Shown here in pieces: positions 11,018 through 21,059 of a stretch of DNA of 64,000 bases; positions within the stretch are counted from its first letter, which is position 1; every line of letters begins with the position of its first letter. The notes under the pieces are model-generated. The model was not told where the DNA came from and searched no databases. It worked only from the letters and a program-made list of their open reading frames with translations. The position numbers and the translations under genes were made by a program. Source of the stretch: an uncultured Clostridia bacterium (GTDB lineage Bacteria; Bacillota; Clostridia; TANB77; CAG-508); contig CANPWU010000005.1 of assembly GCA_947584805.1 (NCBI GenBank), positions 2,628 to 66,627 of the forward strand. The letters run 5' to 3'.

Positions 11018-11675
11018 ATGGAAGAACTAGAAGAAAAAAATAATTTAAAAGAAGTTATAGAATGGATACTATGCATAGTAATAGCAGTTGCACTTGCACT
11101 TTTAGTAAGGTATTATATATTTACTCCAACAGAAGTAAAACAAAAATCAATGGAACCAACATTTATACAAGGAGATAGACTAATATTAGACAGATTAAGC
11201 ATTACAATGAAAAAGGAGCTAAAAAGAGGAGATATAATAACTTTTGATGCACCATCAAAAAAGGAAATAAATGCTTTAGAATTTGACAATAATAATCCTG
11301 TAGCTGTTTACGAAAATGAACCTACTAATCTATTTAGCAAATTTACATATTATGTACTCGAGATAAGTAAAGATAAACAAAGCTATATTAAGAGAATAAT
11401 AGGATTGCCTCGGAGAGCATGTTTTAATTAAAGACGGAAAAGTATATATAAATGGTGAAGAGTTACATGAAGATTATTTAAAGAGTTCAGTTAAAACAGA
11501 AAGAACAGGCTTGTTTTATGATTTTACCGTACCTGAAGGATATATATTTGCAATGGGGGATAACAGAGCAGAAAGCCAAGACTGTAGACAGTTTGGATGC
11601 ATTCCAATTGAAAAAATAGAGAGTAAAGTATTTGTAAGATTTTGGCCATTTAACAAAATAGGAAAGGTTAAATAA
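11018..11675 (+). CDS. lepB: Signal peptidase I; +1 shift at CGG 11411-11413
   Basis: SMEPTF (catalytic Ser box), then KRIIGLP-G-EHVLIKDGKVYINGE across the junction, then GDNRAESQDCRQFG. Ends TAA 11673-11675. Confidence 0.9.
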
Positions 11676-12462
11676 ATGAAAAATACACGGAATAGAAGAA
11701 ATACTAAAAAATGCAGTAAAATATAATAAAGTTGTAAATGGCTATATTTTTTCTGGAAATAGTGGAAATACACAGAATTATAAATTTGCAAAAGAATTTG
11801 CAAAAATGATATTATGTTTAAATCCAAATGATGGAAGTTGCAATACATGTAAGTCATGTTTAATGTTTGATGATAATAATCATTCAGATTATTTTGAAAT
11901 AAACAAAGGAAAGACAGAATCAATAAAGATAGATGAAATTAGAGAGATGCAAGAGAAAATAGCAGAAAAACCTATAACTTCAAGTAAAAAAGTATATGTT
12001 ATAAATAATAGTGAACAAATGACAAAAGAAGCACAAAATTGCTTACTTAAAACACTAGAAGAACCACCAGAGTTTGTTACAATAATATTAGTTGTAAATA
12101 ATGAAAATACAATATTAACTACAATAAAATCTAGATGTACAAGAATTCTATTTACAGACGAAGTAAAAGAAGAATTTACAGATGAAGAGCAAAAAAGGTA
12201 TAATGAACTAGAAAAATTTTTTGGCAATGTAAATGAATATACAATTTTAGATGTAATTAATAAAATTACTGTACTATATGAAGATAAAGAAAATGTTTTT
12301 GAAAATTTAGATTTTATAAATATGATATTAATAAAAAAAGCAAAAGTAGATTTAAAATATTTGAATTATATTGACATAGTTGAAGAAACAAAAAACAAAT
12401 TAAAGGCAAATAGCAATTTTGACATGTGTATAGATTATTTAATTTTAAATATTTGGAATTAA
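11676..12462 (+). CDS. holB: DNA polymerase III delta' subunit; +1 shift at CGG 11688-11690 (codon 5)
   Basis: ATG directly abuts the lepB stop. MKNT-G-IEEILKNAVKYNKVVNGYIFSGNSGNTQNYKFAKEFAKMILCLNPNDGSCNTCKSC, then the track ORF 11806-12462 (LLKTLEEPP). Confidence 0.8.
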
Positions 12463-12504
12463 ATTTTGTATATAATAATCCAGAAAGGAAGATTTAAGCA
12501 AAAT

Positions 12505-13409
12505 ATGAAAACAATTATAGGAGTTAGGCTAAAGAAAATAGGAAAAGTATATTACTTTGATCCAGAGAATTATAATTTAAATGTTGGTGATTATGTAATA
12601 GTGGAAACTGCATTAGGAGAAGAATATGCAGAAGTAGTTATTCGGAAATAAAGAAGTAAGTGAAGATAGAATAGTAGCACCTCTTAAGCCAATTAAAAGA
12701 GTAGCAACAGCAAGAGATAAAAAACATTATGAAGAAAATAAGAAAAAAGAAAAAGAAGCATTTGGAATAGCTATAAAAAATATAAAAAAACATAAATTAG
12801 ATATGAATTTAATAAATGTTGAATATAAATTTGATAACAGTAAAATTTTATTTTACTTTACAGCAGATGGCAGAATAGATTTTAGAGAATTAGTAAAAGA
12901 TTTGGCTGCAATATTTAAAACTAGAATAGAGCTTAGACAAATTGGAATTAGAGATGAAATAAAGAGAATGGGAGGATGCCGGAATTTGTGGAAGAGAACT
13001 TTGTTGCTGTGCACATCTTTCAAATTTTGAAACAGTATCAATAAAAATGGCGAAAGAACAAAATCTTTCTTTAACTCCATCAAAAATATCAGGAGCATGT
13101 GGAAGGCTTATGTGTTGTTTAAAATATGAACAAGAAGCATATGAAGAAAAACTTAGCAGGCTTCCAAAAGTAGGCGCAATAGTAAAAACACCTGAAGGAG
13201 AAGGTACAGTTGAGAGTGTAGAAACATTAAAAGAAATTTTAAAAGTAAAAATTGTAGAAAAAGATGAAACAAAGATAAAGAAATTTAATCTAAAAGATGT
13301 TGAAATTATTAAAGATGCAGAAAATGTAGAGGAAGAAGACATAGATGAAAATGACTTAAAAGAATTAGAGAAAATGGAAGAATTAGACAAAGAAGAAATG
13401 AATAGTTAA
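12505..13409 (+). CDS. ricT: PSP1/RicT (YaaT) stage 0 sporulation regulator; +1 shifts at CGG 12643-12645 and 12980-12982
   Basis: Junctions read VVI-G-NKEVSEDRIV and MGGC-G-ICGRELCCCAHLSNFETVSIKMAKEQNLSLTPSKISGACGRLMCCLKYE, the Cys-rich PSP1 signature. Three +1 frames. Confidence 0.85.
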
Positions 13410-13448
13410 AATAATAATTTTTCAAGTAAGCGGAAGGTGGTGAGTTAT

Positions 13449-13619
13449 ATGGCATATAAAATAACAGACAAATGTATATCATGCGGAGCATGTGCTGCAA
13501 ATTGCCCAGTAGAATGTATTTCTCAAGGTGAGGACAAATATGTTATAAACCAAGATTTATGCATTGGATGTGGAACATGTGCAGGCGTTTGCCCAGTTGA
13601 AGCACCAGAAGCTGAATAA
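13449..13619 (+). CDS. 2x[4Fe-4S] ferredoxin
   Basis: CISCGACAANCP and CIGCGTCAGVCP cluster motifs in a 56-aa protein. Confidence 0.85.
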   Translation: MAYKITDKCISCGACAANCPVECISQGEDKYVINQDLCIGCGTCAGVCPVEAPEAE

Positions 13620-13640
13620 TACAGAAATTTAATAATAAAA

Positions 13641-13675
13641 AAATGCTAATACATGTTTGTATTAGCATTTTTTTA
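13641..13675 (+). terminator. Terminator after ferredoxin
   Basis: Stem aaatgctaatac / gtattagcattt plus a T run. Confidence 0.65.
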
Positions 13676-13853
13676 TAAATTGATTTTTTTGCTTCTTTTT
13701 CCATTTTAAATGTTCCCCCATTTTTTATTTCAATAGCTAATATATAATAAATCTATAAATTTTTCAAGTGAAAATTAGTAAAAGTATTTTTTTTATTGTA
13801 ATCTTTTTTTTCTTGTGATATACTTATTCTTGGAAAACGGAGGAAGACAAAAT

Positions 13854-14578
13854 ATGAGCATATATGAATACAAAACACACATTAGATACCAGGATGTAAA
13901 CGAAAATAATGAATTATCTGATAAAGGAATCTTAAATATATTATCAGAAGCAGCAGGGGTACATTCAGAAGTAGTTCGGCTATAGCTTAAATGATATAGA
14001 AAAAACAGGATATTCGTGGATGCTTTTATATTGGAAAATAAAAGTTTATAAAAGACCACGTTGGAATACAGAAGTAACAGTAAAAACATGGGCAAGAGAA
14101 TTTTTAAAAGTATCGTCATGGCGTGACTTCGAAGCTTATGATGATAAAGGAAATTTAATTGCAATTGGAACAACAGAATGGGTATTAATAGATGTAAAAA
14201 CAGCATCAATTGCTAAAATACCAGATAAGCTAAGAGAAGATTATAAACTAGTAAAGGAAAAAGTATTTGATGAAGAAATATCTGGAAAATTAAAGCCAGA
14301 AGAGAATATGAAAAAAATTTATGAATATACAGGAGCAAGAAGAGATATAGATGCAAATCATCATGTAAATAATGTGGTATATTTAGAACTTGCATATGAT
14401 GCATTTCCAAATGATGTAGATTTTAATTTTAGCAATATTGAAATACATTATAAAAAACAAATAAAACTTCGGAGAAACAGTAGGAATATATTATCTTAAT
14501 AAAAATAATGAACATATAGTTTGTATAAAAAGCATTGATGAAAAAACTGTACATGCAACACTAAAGTTTTATAATTAA
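13854..14578 (+). CDS. Acyl-ACP thioesterase; +1 shifts at CGG 13977-13979 (fourth base C) and 14470-14472
   Basis: MSIYEYKTHIRYQDVNENNELSDKGILNILSEAAGVHSEVV-G-YSLNDIEKTGYSWMLLYWKIKV, and DANHHVNNVVY. The second junction reads IKL-G-ETVGIYYLNKNNEHIVCIKS, ending TAA 14576-14578. Confidence 0.8.
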
Positions 14579-14628
14579 TCTAGTTTTTATATTTAAAAAA
14601 TATATATTTAAATGAAGGAGGTAATTTC

Positions 14629-15198
14629 ATGATTGAAATAAGATGGCACGGTAGAGGAGGACAAGGAGCAAAAACAGCTTCACTTTTACTTGCAGATGCA
14701 GCATTTAATACAGGAAAATATATTCAAGGATTTCCTGAATATGGTCCTGAAAGAATGGGAGCACCAATAACAGCTTACAACAGAATAAGTGATACACCTA
14801 TAACAATACACAGTAATATTTATGAACCAGATTATGTAGTCGTTGTAGATGATACACTTTTAGACAGCGTAAATGTAACAGCAGGATTAAAAGAGACAGG
14901 AGCAATAGTTATTAATACTACAAAAGATAAAGATGAAATTAGAGCAAAATTAAATAATTATCAAGGGGAAGTATATACAATTGACGCTAGAAAAATTTCT
15001 CTTGAAACTTTAGGAAAGTATTTTCCAAACACACCAATGCTTGCAGCAATAGTAAAGGTAAGTAAAGTTATGACGGACGAAGAACTTTTAAGTGATATGG
15101 AAGGATCTTTTAAACATAAATTTGCTAAAAAACCAGAAGTAATAGAAGGAAATATGAATGCTTTAAGAATGGCTCTTAACGAAGTTAAGAAAATTTAG
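14629..15198 (+). CDS. porC: Pyruvate:ferredoxin (2-oxoacid) oxidoreductase gamma subunit
   Basis: IRWHGRGGQGAKTAS N-terminus and operon context with the delta/alpha/beta subunits. Confidence 0.85.
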   Translation: MIEIRWHGRGGQGAKTASLLLADAAFNTGKYIQGFPEYGPERMGAPITAYNRISDTPITIHSNIYEPDYVVVVDDTLLDSVNVTAGLKETGAIVINTTKDKDEIRAKLNNYQGEVYTIDARKISLETLGKYFPNTPMLAAIVKVSKVMTDEELLSDMEGSFKHKFAKKPEVIEGNMNALRMALNEVKKI

Positions 15199-15220
15199 TT
15201 TGAAGAGGAGGAAAAGAAAA

Positions 15221-15505
15221 GTGGAAAAAATAACACCAAATACTCCAGCAGAAAAGATGACTATCGCTGGAAATATTTATGAAGCTGGAAATTCTTTAAA
15301 CTTTAAAACAGGAGATTGGAGATCAGTAAAACCAATATATATCAGCGAAAAATGCAAACAATGTGGACTTTGTTTCCCTGTTTGCCCAGATGATGCAATT
15401 CCAGTAAATAAAGAACAAAAAAGAGAAGATTTTAATTATGATTATTGTAAAGGCTGTGGAGTTTGTGCAAAGGTATGCCCTTTTGGTGCAATCGAAATGA
15501 AGTAA
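15221..15505 (+). CDS. porD: Pyruvate:ferredoxin oxidoreductase delta subunit (2x4Fe-4S)
   Basis: CKQCGLCFPVCP and CKGCGVCAKVCP. GTG 15221 follows gaggagga; the track start at 15200 lies inside the RBS. Confidence 0.8.
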   Translation: MEKITPNTPAEKMTIAGNIYEAGNSLNFKTGDWRSVKPIYISEKCKQCGLCFPVCPDDAIPVNKEQKREDFNYDYCKGCGVCAKVCPFGAIEMK

Positions 15506-15663
15506 AACAATCAATAATCAGCATCTCACGTCGTCAGGCGTCGGATAAATTATTTTCGATGACCAATAGGTCTATCTCAAATAATTTACCTAGCCTTCCT
15601 AGTGATATACTAATTCTTGATTGTTTTAAGAAAATTATTTATTAATTGAGGAGGAGATAAAAT

Positions 15664-16851
15664 ATGTCAATAAGAGAAAGACTAAGCGGAAATGAAGCTG
15701 CAGCAACTGCTATGAGACAAATTAATCCAGATGTTGTAGCTGCGTTCCCAATAACACCTTCTACTGAAATACCACAATATTTTTCAACATTTGTAAGCAA
15801 TGGAACAGTTGATACAGAATTTGTTGCAGTAGAAAGTGAACATAGTGCGATGAGTGCATGTATAGGTGCAGAAGCAGCAGGTGCAAGAGCAATGACTGCA
15901 ACTTCTGCAAATGGATTATCATTAATGTGGGAAATGATATATATTGCTTCAAGTATGAGACTTCCAATAGTAATGAGTTTAGTTAATCGTGCAGTATCTG
16001 GACCATTAAACATACATAATGACCATTCAGATGCAATGGGTGTAAGAGATGCCGGCTGGATAATGCTATTTTCAGAAAATAACCAAGAGGCATATGACAA
16101 TTTAATTATGGCTCATAGAATAGCAGAAAATAAAGATGTACTATTACCACTTATGGTATGCCAAGATGGATTTATCACATCACACTCTATAGAAAATATA
16201 GAATTAATAGAAGATGAAAAAGTAAAAGAATTTGTAGGAAAATATAAACCAGAGCATTATTTATTGAATGATAAAGAAAAAATTGCTATGGGACCACTAG
16301 ATGTTCAAACATATCTTTTTGAACATAAATACCAACAAGCAAATGCAATGAGAAATGCTAAAAAAGTAATTGCTGAAGTTTCAGAAGAATTTGAAAAAAT
16401 GACAGGTAGAAAATATTCATTCTTTGAAGAATATAAAATGGAAGATGCAGAAATAGTTATTGTTTGCATGAACTCAACAGCTGGAACAACAAAATATGTA
16501 GTAGACAGTTTAAGAGAAAAAGGTGTAAAAGCAGGTCTTCTAAAAGTTAGAATGTTTAGACCTTTCCCAGCAGAAGAAATTGCAAAAGCTTTATCAAAAG
16601 CAAAAGCAGTAGCTGTACTTGACAAATCAGACTCTGTAAATGGAGTAGGAGGAGCATTATATACAGATGTTACATCAGCTATGTATGTAAACGGAGTAAA
16701 TGTTCCAATGGTAAATTATATATATGGAATAGGTGGAAGAGATACAACTTCTTACGATATAGAAGGAGTATATAATGATTTGATGGAAATTGTAAAATCA
16801 GGAAAAGTAGATAATCCATATAGATATTTTGGTGTAAGGAGGGAAAAATAA
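15664..16851 (+). CDS. porA: Pyruvate:ferredoxin oxidoreductase alpha subunit
   Basis: GNEAAATAMRQINPDVVAAFPITPSTEI and operon context. Confidence 0.88.
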   Translation: MSIRERLSGNEAAATAMRQINPDVVAAFPITPSTEIPQYFSTFVSNGTVDTEFVAVESEHSAMSACIGAEAAGARAMTATSANGLSLMWEMIYIASSMRLPIVMSLVNRAVSGPLNIHNDHSDAMGVRDAGWIMLFSENNQEAYDNLIMAHRIAENKDVLLPLMVCQDGFITSHSIENIELIEDEKVKEFVGKYKPEHYLLNDKEKIAMGPLDVQTYLFEHKYQQANAMRNAKKVIAEVSEEFEKMTGRKYSFFEEYKMEDAEIVIVCMNSTAGTTKYVVDSLREKGVKAGLLKVRMFRPFPAEEIAKALSKAKAVAVLDKSDSVNGVGGALYTDVTSAMYVNGVNVPMVNYIYGIGGRDTTSYDIEGVYNDLMEIVKSGKVDNPYRYFGVRREK

Positions 16852-16852
16852 T

Positions 16853-17809
16853 ATGGCATATAATGTAAAAGAAATAGTTGCAGAAAAACCTTCAAGATTT
16901 AAAGCAGGGCACAGAATGTGTGCTGGTTGTGGCGCACCACCAGTTGCAAGAATGGTATTAAGAGCATTGAAACCAGAAGATAATGCAGTAATTTGTACTG
17001 CAACAGGTTGCATGGAAGTATCAACATTTATTTATCCATATTCATCTTGGTCAGATTCATTTATTCATACTGCATTCGAATGTGCTGGAGCAACTTTATC
17101 TGGAGTAGAAGCTGCATATAAATCATTAAAGAATCAAGGAAAACTACCAGATGGTAAAGAAACTAAGTTTATTGCATTCGGAGGAGACGGAGGAACTTAT
17201 GATATAGGTATTCAAAGTTTATCAGGAGCAATGGAGAGAGGCCATGATATGGTATATGTATGCTATGATAATGGTGCATACATGAATACAGGTATACAAC
17301 GTTCTTCTGCAACACCACATTTTGCAGATACAACAACATCACCAGCAGGAACAAAAATCCCAGGAAAGATGCAAAAAAGAAAAGATTTAACAGAAGTTAT
17401 GGCAAGTCATCATCTTCCATATGTTGCACAAAGTATTGCAACAGCAAACTTCAAAGATCTATACGAGAAATCAGAAAAAGCAATATATACAAAGGGCGCA
17501 TGTTTCTTAAATGTACTTGCACCATGCCCAAGAGGATGGGGATATCCTACAGAAGATTTAATGCAAATAAATAAACTTGCAGTAGAAACTTGTTATTGGC
17601 CTTTGTATGAAGTAGAAAATGGCAAATACAAAGTAAATTATAAACCAGCAAAGAAATTACCAATTGAAGAATTCTTAAAACCACAAAGAAGATTTAAACA
17701 TTTATTCAAACCAGGAAATGAGTGGATGATAGAGGAATTCCAAAAAGAAGTTGACGAAAGATGGGAAATGCTTCTAAAATTAGAAGAAGCCACAAATAGA
17801 GAAGAATAA
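16853..17809 (+). CDS. porB: Pyruvate:ferredoxin oxidoreductase beta subunit (TPP-binding)
   Basis: CAGCGAP and the GGDGGTYDIG TPP motif. Confidence 0.88.
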   Translation: MAYNVKEIVAEKPSRFKAGHRMCAGCGAPPVARMVLRALKPEDNAVICTATGCMEVSTFIYPYSSWSDSFIHTAFECAGATLSGVEAAYKSLKNQGKLPDGKETKFIAFGGDGGTYDIGIQSLSGAMERGHDMVYVCYDNGAYMNTGIQRSSATPHFADTTTSPAGTKIPGKMQKRKDLTEVMASHHLPYVAQSIATANFKDLYEKSEKAIYTKGACFLNVLAPCPRGWGYPTEDLMQINKLAVETCYWPLYEVENGKYKVNYKPAKKLPIEEFLKPQRRFKHLFKPGNEWMIEEFQKEVDERWEMLLKLEEATNREE

Positions 17810-18062
17810 TTAAAAAAAATTAAAATTCATAGTTTATGAATTTTAATTTTCGAAGTCCTATATAATAATATATAGGACTTCTATTTTATAGAAAAATAGA
17901 ATTATAATCTATAAACTAATAAGTAAACATTAACCAAAAAATAGCTTGAAATCAAGTATTTGTGGAATAATTTTTTAAATTTTGACATATACTTAATGTC
18001 ATATTATCATGAAGTAAAATATAAAATTTATACATAATCTTAATTGCGAAAGAGTGATAAGA

Positions 18063-18323
18063 ATGGCAGTAAGAAAAGTAAATAACAATCTAAATGTTAT
18101 TAGTAATAACTTAAGGGAATTTAGAGAAAAACAAAATCTATCACAGGCAGAGCTAGTTGCAAAGTTAAACTTGCTCGGTATTCCAATTCACAAAAATGAT
18201 ATAAGCCTAATAGAAAACAATAAAAGAACAGTTAAAGATTATGAAATATGGGGAATTATTCGAGTTTTAGATATAAAATTCGAAGAGTTATTTTACGATG
18301 TAGAAAAAAAGTTGGATTATTAA
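18063..18323 (+). CDS. XRE-family helix-turn-helix transcriptional regulator
   Basis: LREFREKQNLSQAELVAKLNLLGIPIHKNDISLIENNKR is a Cro/C1-type HTH. Confidence 0.75.
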   Translation: MAVRKVNNNLNVISNNLREFREKQNLSQAELVAKLNLLGIPIHKNDISLIENNKRTVKDYEIWGIIRVLDIKFEELFYDVEKKLDY

Positions 18324-18502
18324 TTTATAAGTTTGATGATTGGATTTTAGTTTTTGAAAACTTTTGATTTATAATGTATAGGGGTTATAACCCTTTGTTT
18401 TTGTACTCTATTAATGATTGTAATTTATAGTTCTTAAAATCTTCTTGTAAAAAAAATAAAATTATGTTATTATATAAATATAGATTATACTAAGGAGATA
18501 TT

Positions 18503-19607
18503 ATGATAGAAAAACATTCAAATGGATTAATTTTAAGTATAATAATAATTATTATTATACTTGGAAGTATATATTACGTAAAAAGTACTGGTCAGGGTAG
18601 CTATTCACCAAGTAATATTACAGAATATAGTCAACAATCATATGAAAATCTTAATATAATAGCTAATAATGCATATTATGAAAATAGAGCAATTATAGGA
18701 AATGTAAGTGAGTTACCAAGTACTTTTACACCTCAACAATCACATGAATATAATAGTAGATATTATTATAATGAGCTTAGTGATTGTTCTAAAGCTATGT
18801 ATGATGCTATTGCAAACAATTTAAATAATATACAACGAGGAAAATGTACTATACAAATCGATTATGATTTCAATAGTCTTTTAAATTCTAAAAACGGAGA
18901 AGAACTTTTAGATAACTACTATAATGATGCAATAAATGCAATAAATCTAGATATTCCTAATCTATTTTATTTAGATTTTCAAAAATTATATATTAATATA
19001 GAAAAAACTTCAACTATATTTTCAACAAAATATAAAGTGTTTATAAATTCAAAAGATTATGATAATTTTTATATTAATGAATTTACATCAGCAGCCCAGG
19101 TTAGTAAAATAATAAATCAGATAGAAACTATAAAAAATCAAGTTGTTTCACAAGCATCAGGAAATGAATATAATAGGATAAGAATTGTACATGACTGGCT
19201 AATAGATCATATGGAATATGATAATAGCAGTGTACACTCGGCAAATGTTTATGGAGGATTAATTGAAAAAAAAGGAGTTTGTGAAGCATATGCAAGAATA
19301 TATAAATATATATTAGATGATATAGGGATAGACAATATTTTAGTTATAGGAACAGCAACAAATTCTGCTGGAAATACAGAAAATCATATGTGGAATTACG
19401 TAAAATTATATGAAAATTGGTATGCTATAGATATAACATGGGATGATCCAATAATTAGAGGAACTGGAATTATAACTGAAGATTATAAGCATAAGTATTT
19501 CTTAATTCGGAAGTCAAGAATTCTATAAAAACCATTCAGAAAAACTTTCAATTTCGAAAAGCGGAAAAATTTTTGCACTTCCAACTTTATCAGTTGATAA
19601 TTTTTAA
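18503..19607 (+). CDS. Membrane-anchored transglutaminase-like protein; +1 shift at CGG 19508-19510
   Basis: N-terminal TM segment; Cys-His-Asp core GVCEAYARIY / HMWNYV / AIDITWDD. Junction KYFLI-G-SQEFYKNHSEKLSISKSGKIFALPTLSVDNF*. Confidence 0.75.
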
Positions 19608-19684
19608 TATAGGTATAAAAATAGCTTTGTTTGTAAATAATACTAAAAAAGTTAAATCTTATAAAGAGAGGAAATTTTAGTAAT

Positions 19685-20257
19685 ATGAAAAAACAAGCTA
19701 TTTTTATTGTGGCTTTAATCACTTTATTTTTTGCATCTGCATACATAATGGCAAATTATGGAATTAAGCAAGAAGAAAATTCACATGTAAATGTAATTGA
19801 AGTAAGTAAGAAAGATACAATTTCGAATGAAACGATAAATGTAAATACACAAGAAGAAAAAACAACTCCAAATACAACATTAACACTAAAAAAATATTAT
19901 GCAGATTGTGGACATTGGATAACAACTTCAGCAAAAATTCCAAGTGAAATGGTAAATTTCACTCAATCAGAGCTTATATCAAAATATCCAACTTGGAATT
20001 TAGAAAAATTTTCTAAAGAAGAAATCATACTTACAAGAGAAACTGATAGTTTTTGTGGAGAACATTATTTAGTAACTTGTGAAAATGGGAAAATAGTTAT
20101 ATATTCTTTAGATGAGGAAGGAAATAAAACACTATTGGAAAATACAGAAATTGCATATGACTATCTTCCAGAAACAGATAAGATTATTTTAAATAACGGA
20201 ATATATGTTTATGGAAAAGACGAATTAAATAAGATTAAAGAAGATTTTGAAAGCTAA
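19685..20257 (+). CDS. Hypothetical signal-anchored protein (BofC-like C-terminal region possible)
   Basis: N-terminal hydrophobic segment. The resemblance of the C-terminal part (GEHYLVTCENGKIVIYSLDEEG) to BofC is a guess. Confidence 0.45.
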   Translation: MKKQAIFIVALITLFFASAYIMANYGIKQEENSHVNVIEVSKKDTISNETINVNTQEEKTTPNTTLTLKKYYADCGHWITTSAKIPSEMVNFTQSELISKYPTWNLEKFSKEEIILTRETDSFCGEHYLVTCENGKIVIYSLDEEGNKTLLENTEIAYDYLPETDKIILNNGIYVYGKDELNKIKEDFES

Positions 20258-20263
20258 TAAAAT

Positions 20264-20429
20264 AAACGAAGGTAATCATATTTATTTTTAAAGAAGCTGC
20301 GCAACGAATAGTGGCGTAAGCCACCAACCGGAGCGAAGCGAAGGGCGAATGGAGCAACCTACCATTTTCTTTCTAATGGAGGTTGCTCCAGCAAAGCTCT
20401 TTAAAAATAAATATGATTACCTTCGTTTT
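20264..20429. repeat. Long inverted repeat (about 31 bp perfect arms) enclosing a G+C-rich structured core
   Basis: Left arm aaacgaaggtaatcatatttatttttaaaga; the right arm is its exact reverse complement. The core holds hairpins gtggc-gtaa-gccac and ggagcaacct...aggttgctcc. Lies between convergent genes. Confidence 0.8.
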
Positions 20430-20460
20430 AGTCTTATATTATTGCGTACATATCTTTTGT

Positions 20461-21039
20461 TTACTTTACATTTTGTAATTTTTCTTTTTCATCTTTAATG
20501 TATTTTTTCATATTGAAAGCTCTAAAATAAAGTATTAATGCTAATATTGTTGCTAAAATAGCTATACAATAAATAAATATTGAAAAATCATACAATGGAG
20601 TCTCAAAAATATTATTATTCAAATAATGAATAATTAGTGAACATGCAATAGCTATATAAAATAATACTGTTGCAAGTTTTCCGTACCATCTACTAGAAAC
20701 TACAAGCTCTTTTCCGTAAAGAAAAGATGCACCAGCAATCATTGCAAATTCTTTTAATAATACTATTCCAAGTATCCAAAAAGGAATTATGTTTTTTATA
20801 GCAAGAGTTACTAAAATTGCAACTTGAGTAGACTTATCTGCAAAAGGATCCATAAGTTTCCCAAAGTCAGTAATTAAGTTAAATTTTCTTGCAATTGTTC
20901 CATCTAAAATATCTGTAATTCCAGACAATATTAGAAATATAAGAGCAATAACGAAATGCTCTGTTGTAATTGTATACACAATAGGTACAATAAGTATAAA
21001 TCTAATTATTGTTAGGATATTTGGTACATATTTAAGCAT
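20461..21039 (-). CDS. pgsA: CDP-diacylglycerol-glycerol-3-phosphate 3-phosphatidyltransferase
   Basis: CDP-alcohol phosphatidyltransferase motif DILDGTIARKFNLITDFGKLMDPFADK; multi-TM. Confidence 0.88.
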   Translation of the reverse strand: MLKYVPNILTIIRFILIVPIVYTITTEHFVIALIFLILSGITDILDGTIARKFNLITDFGKLMDPFADKSTQVAILVTLAIKNIIPFWILGIVLLKEFAMIAGASFLYGKELVVSSRWYGKLATVLFYIAIACSLIIHYLNNNIFETPLYDFSIFIYCIAILATILALILYFRAFNMKKYIKDEKEKLQNVK

Positions 21040-21059
21040 AAGTTTTCCTCCAATTAAAA

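Noticed and set aside
13431-13840. CGG trinucleotides at 13431-13433 and 13838-13840, and also 15542, 20329, 28838 and 36646, as possible recoding sites
   Set aside because: They lie in RBS, leader or intergenic sequence (for example aagCGGaagg and aaaCGGaggaag just upstream of start codons), not inside a reading frame. No frame logic applies.
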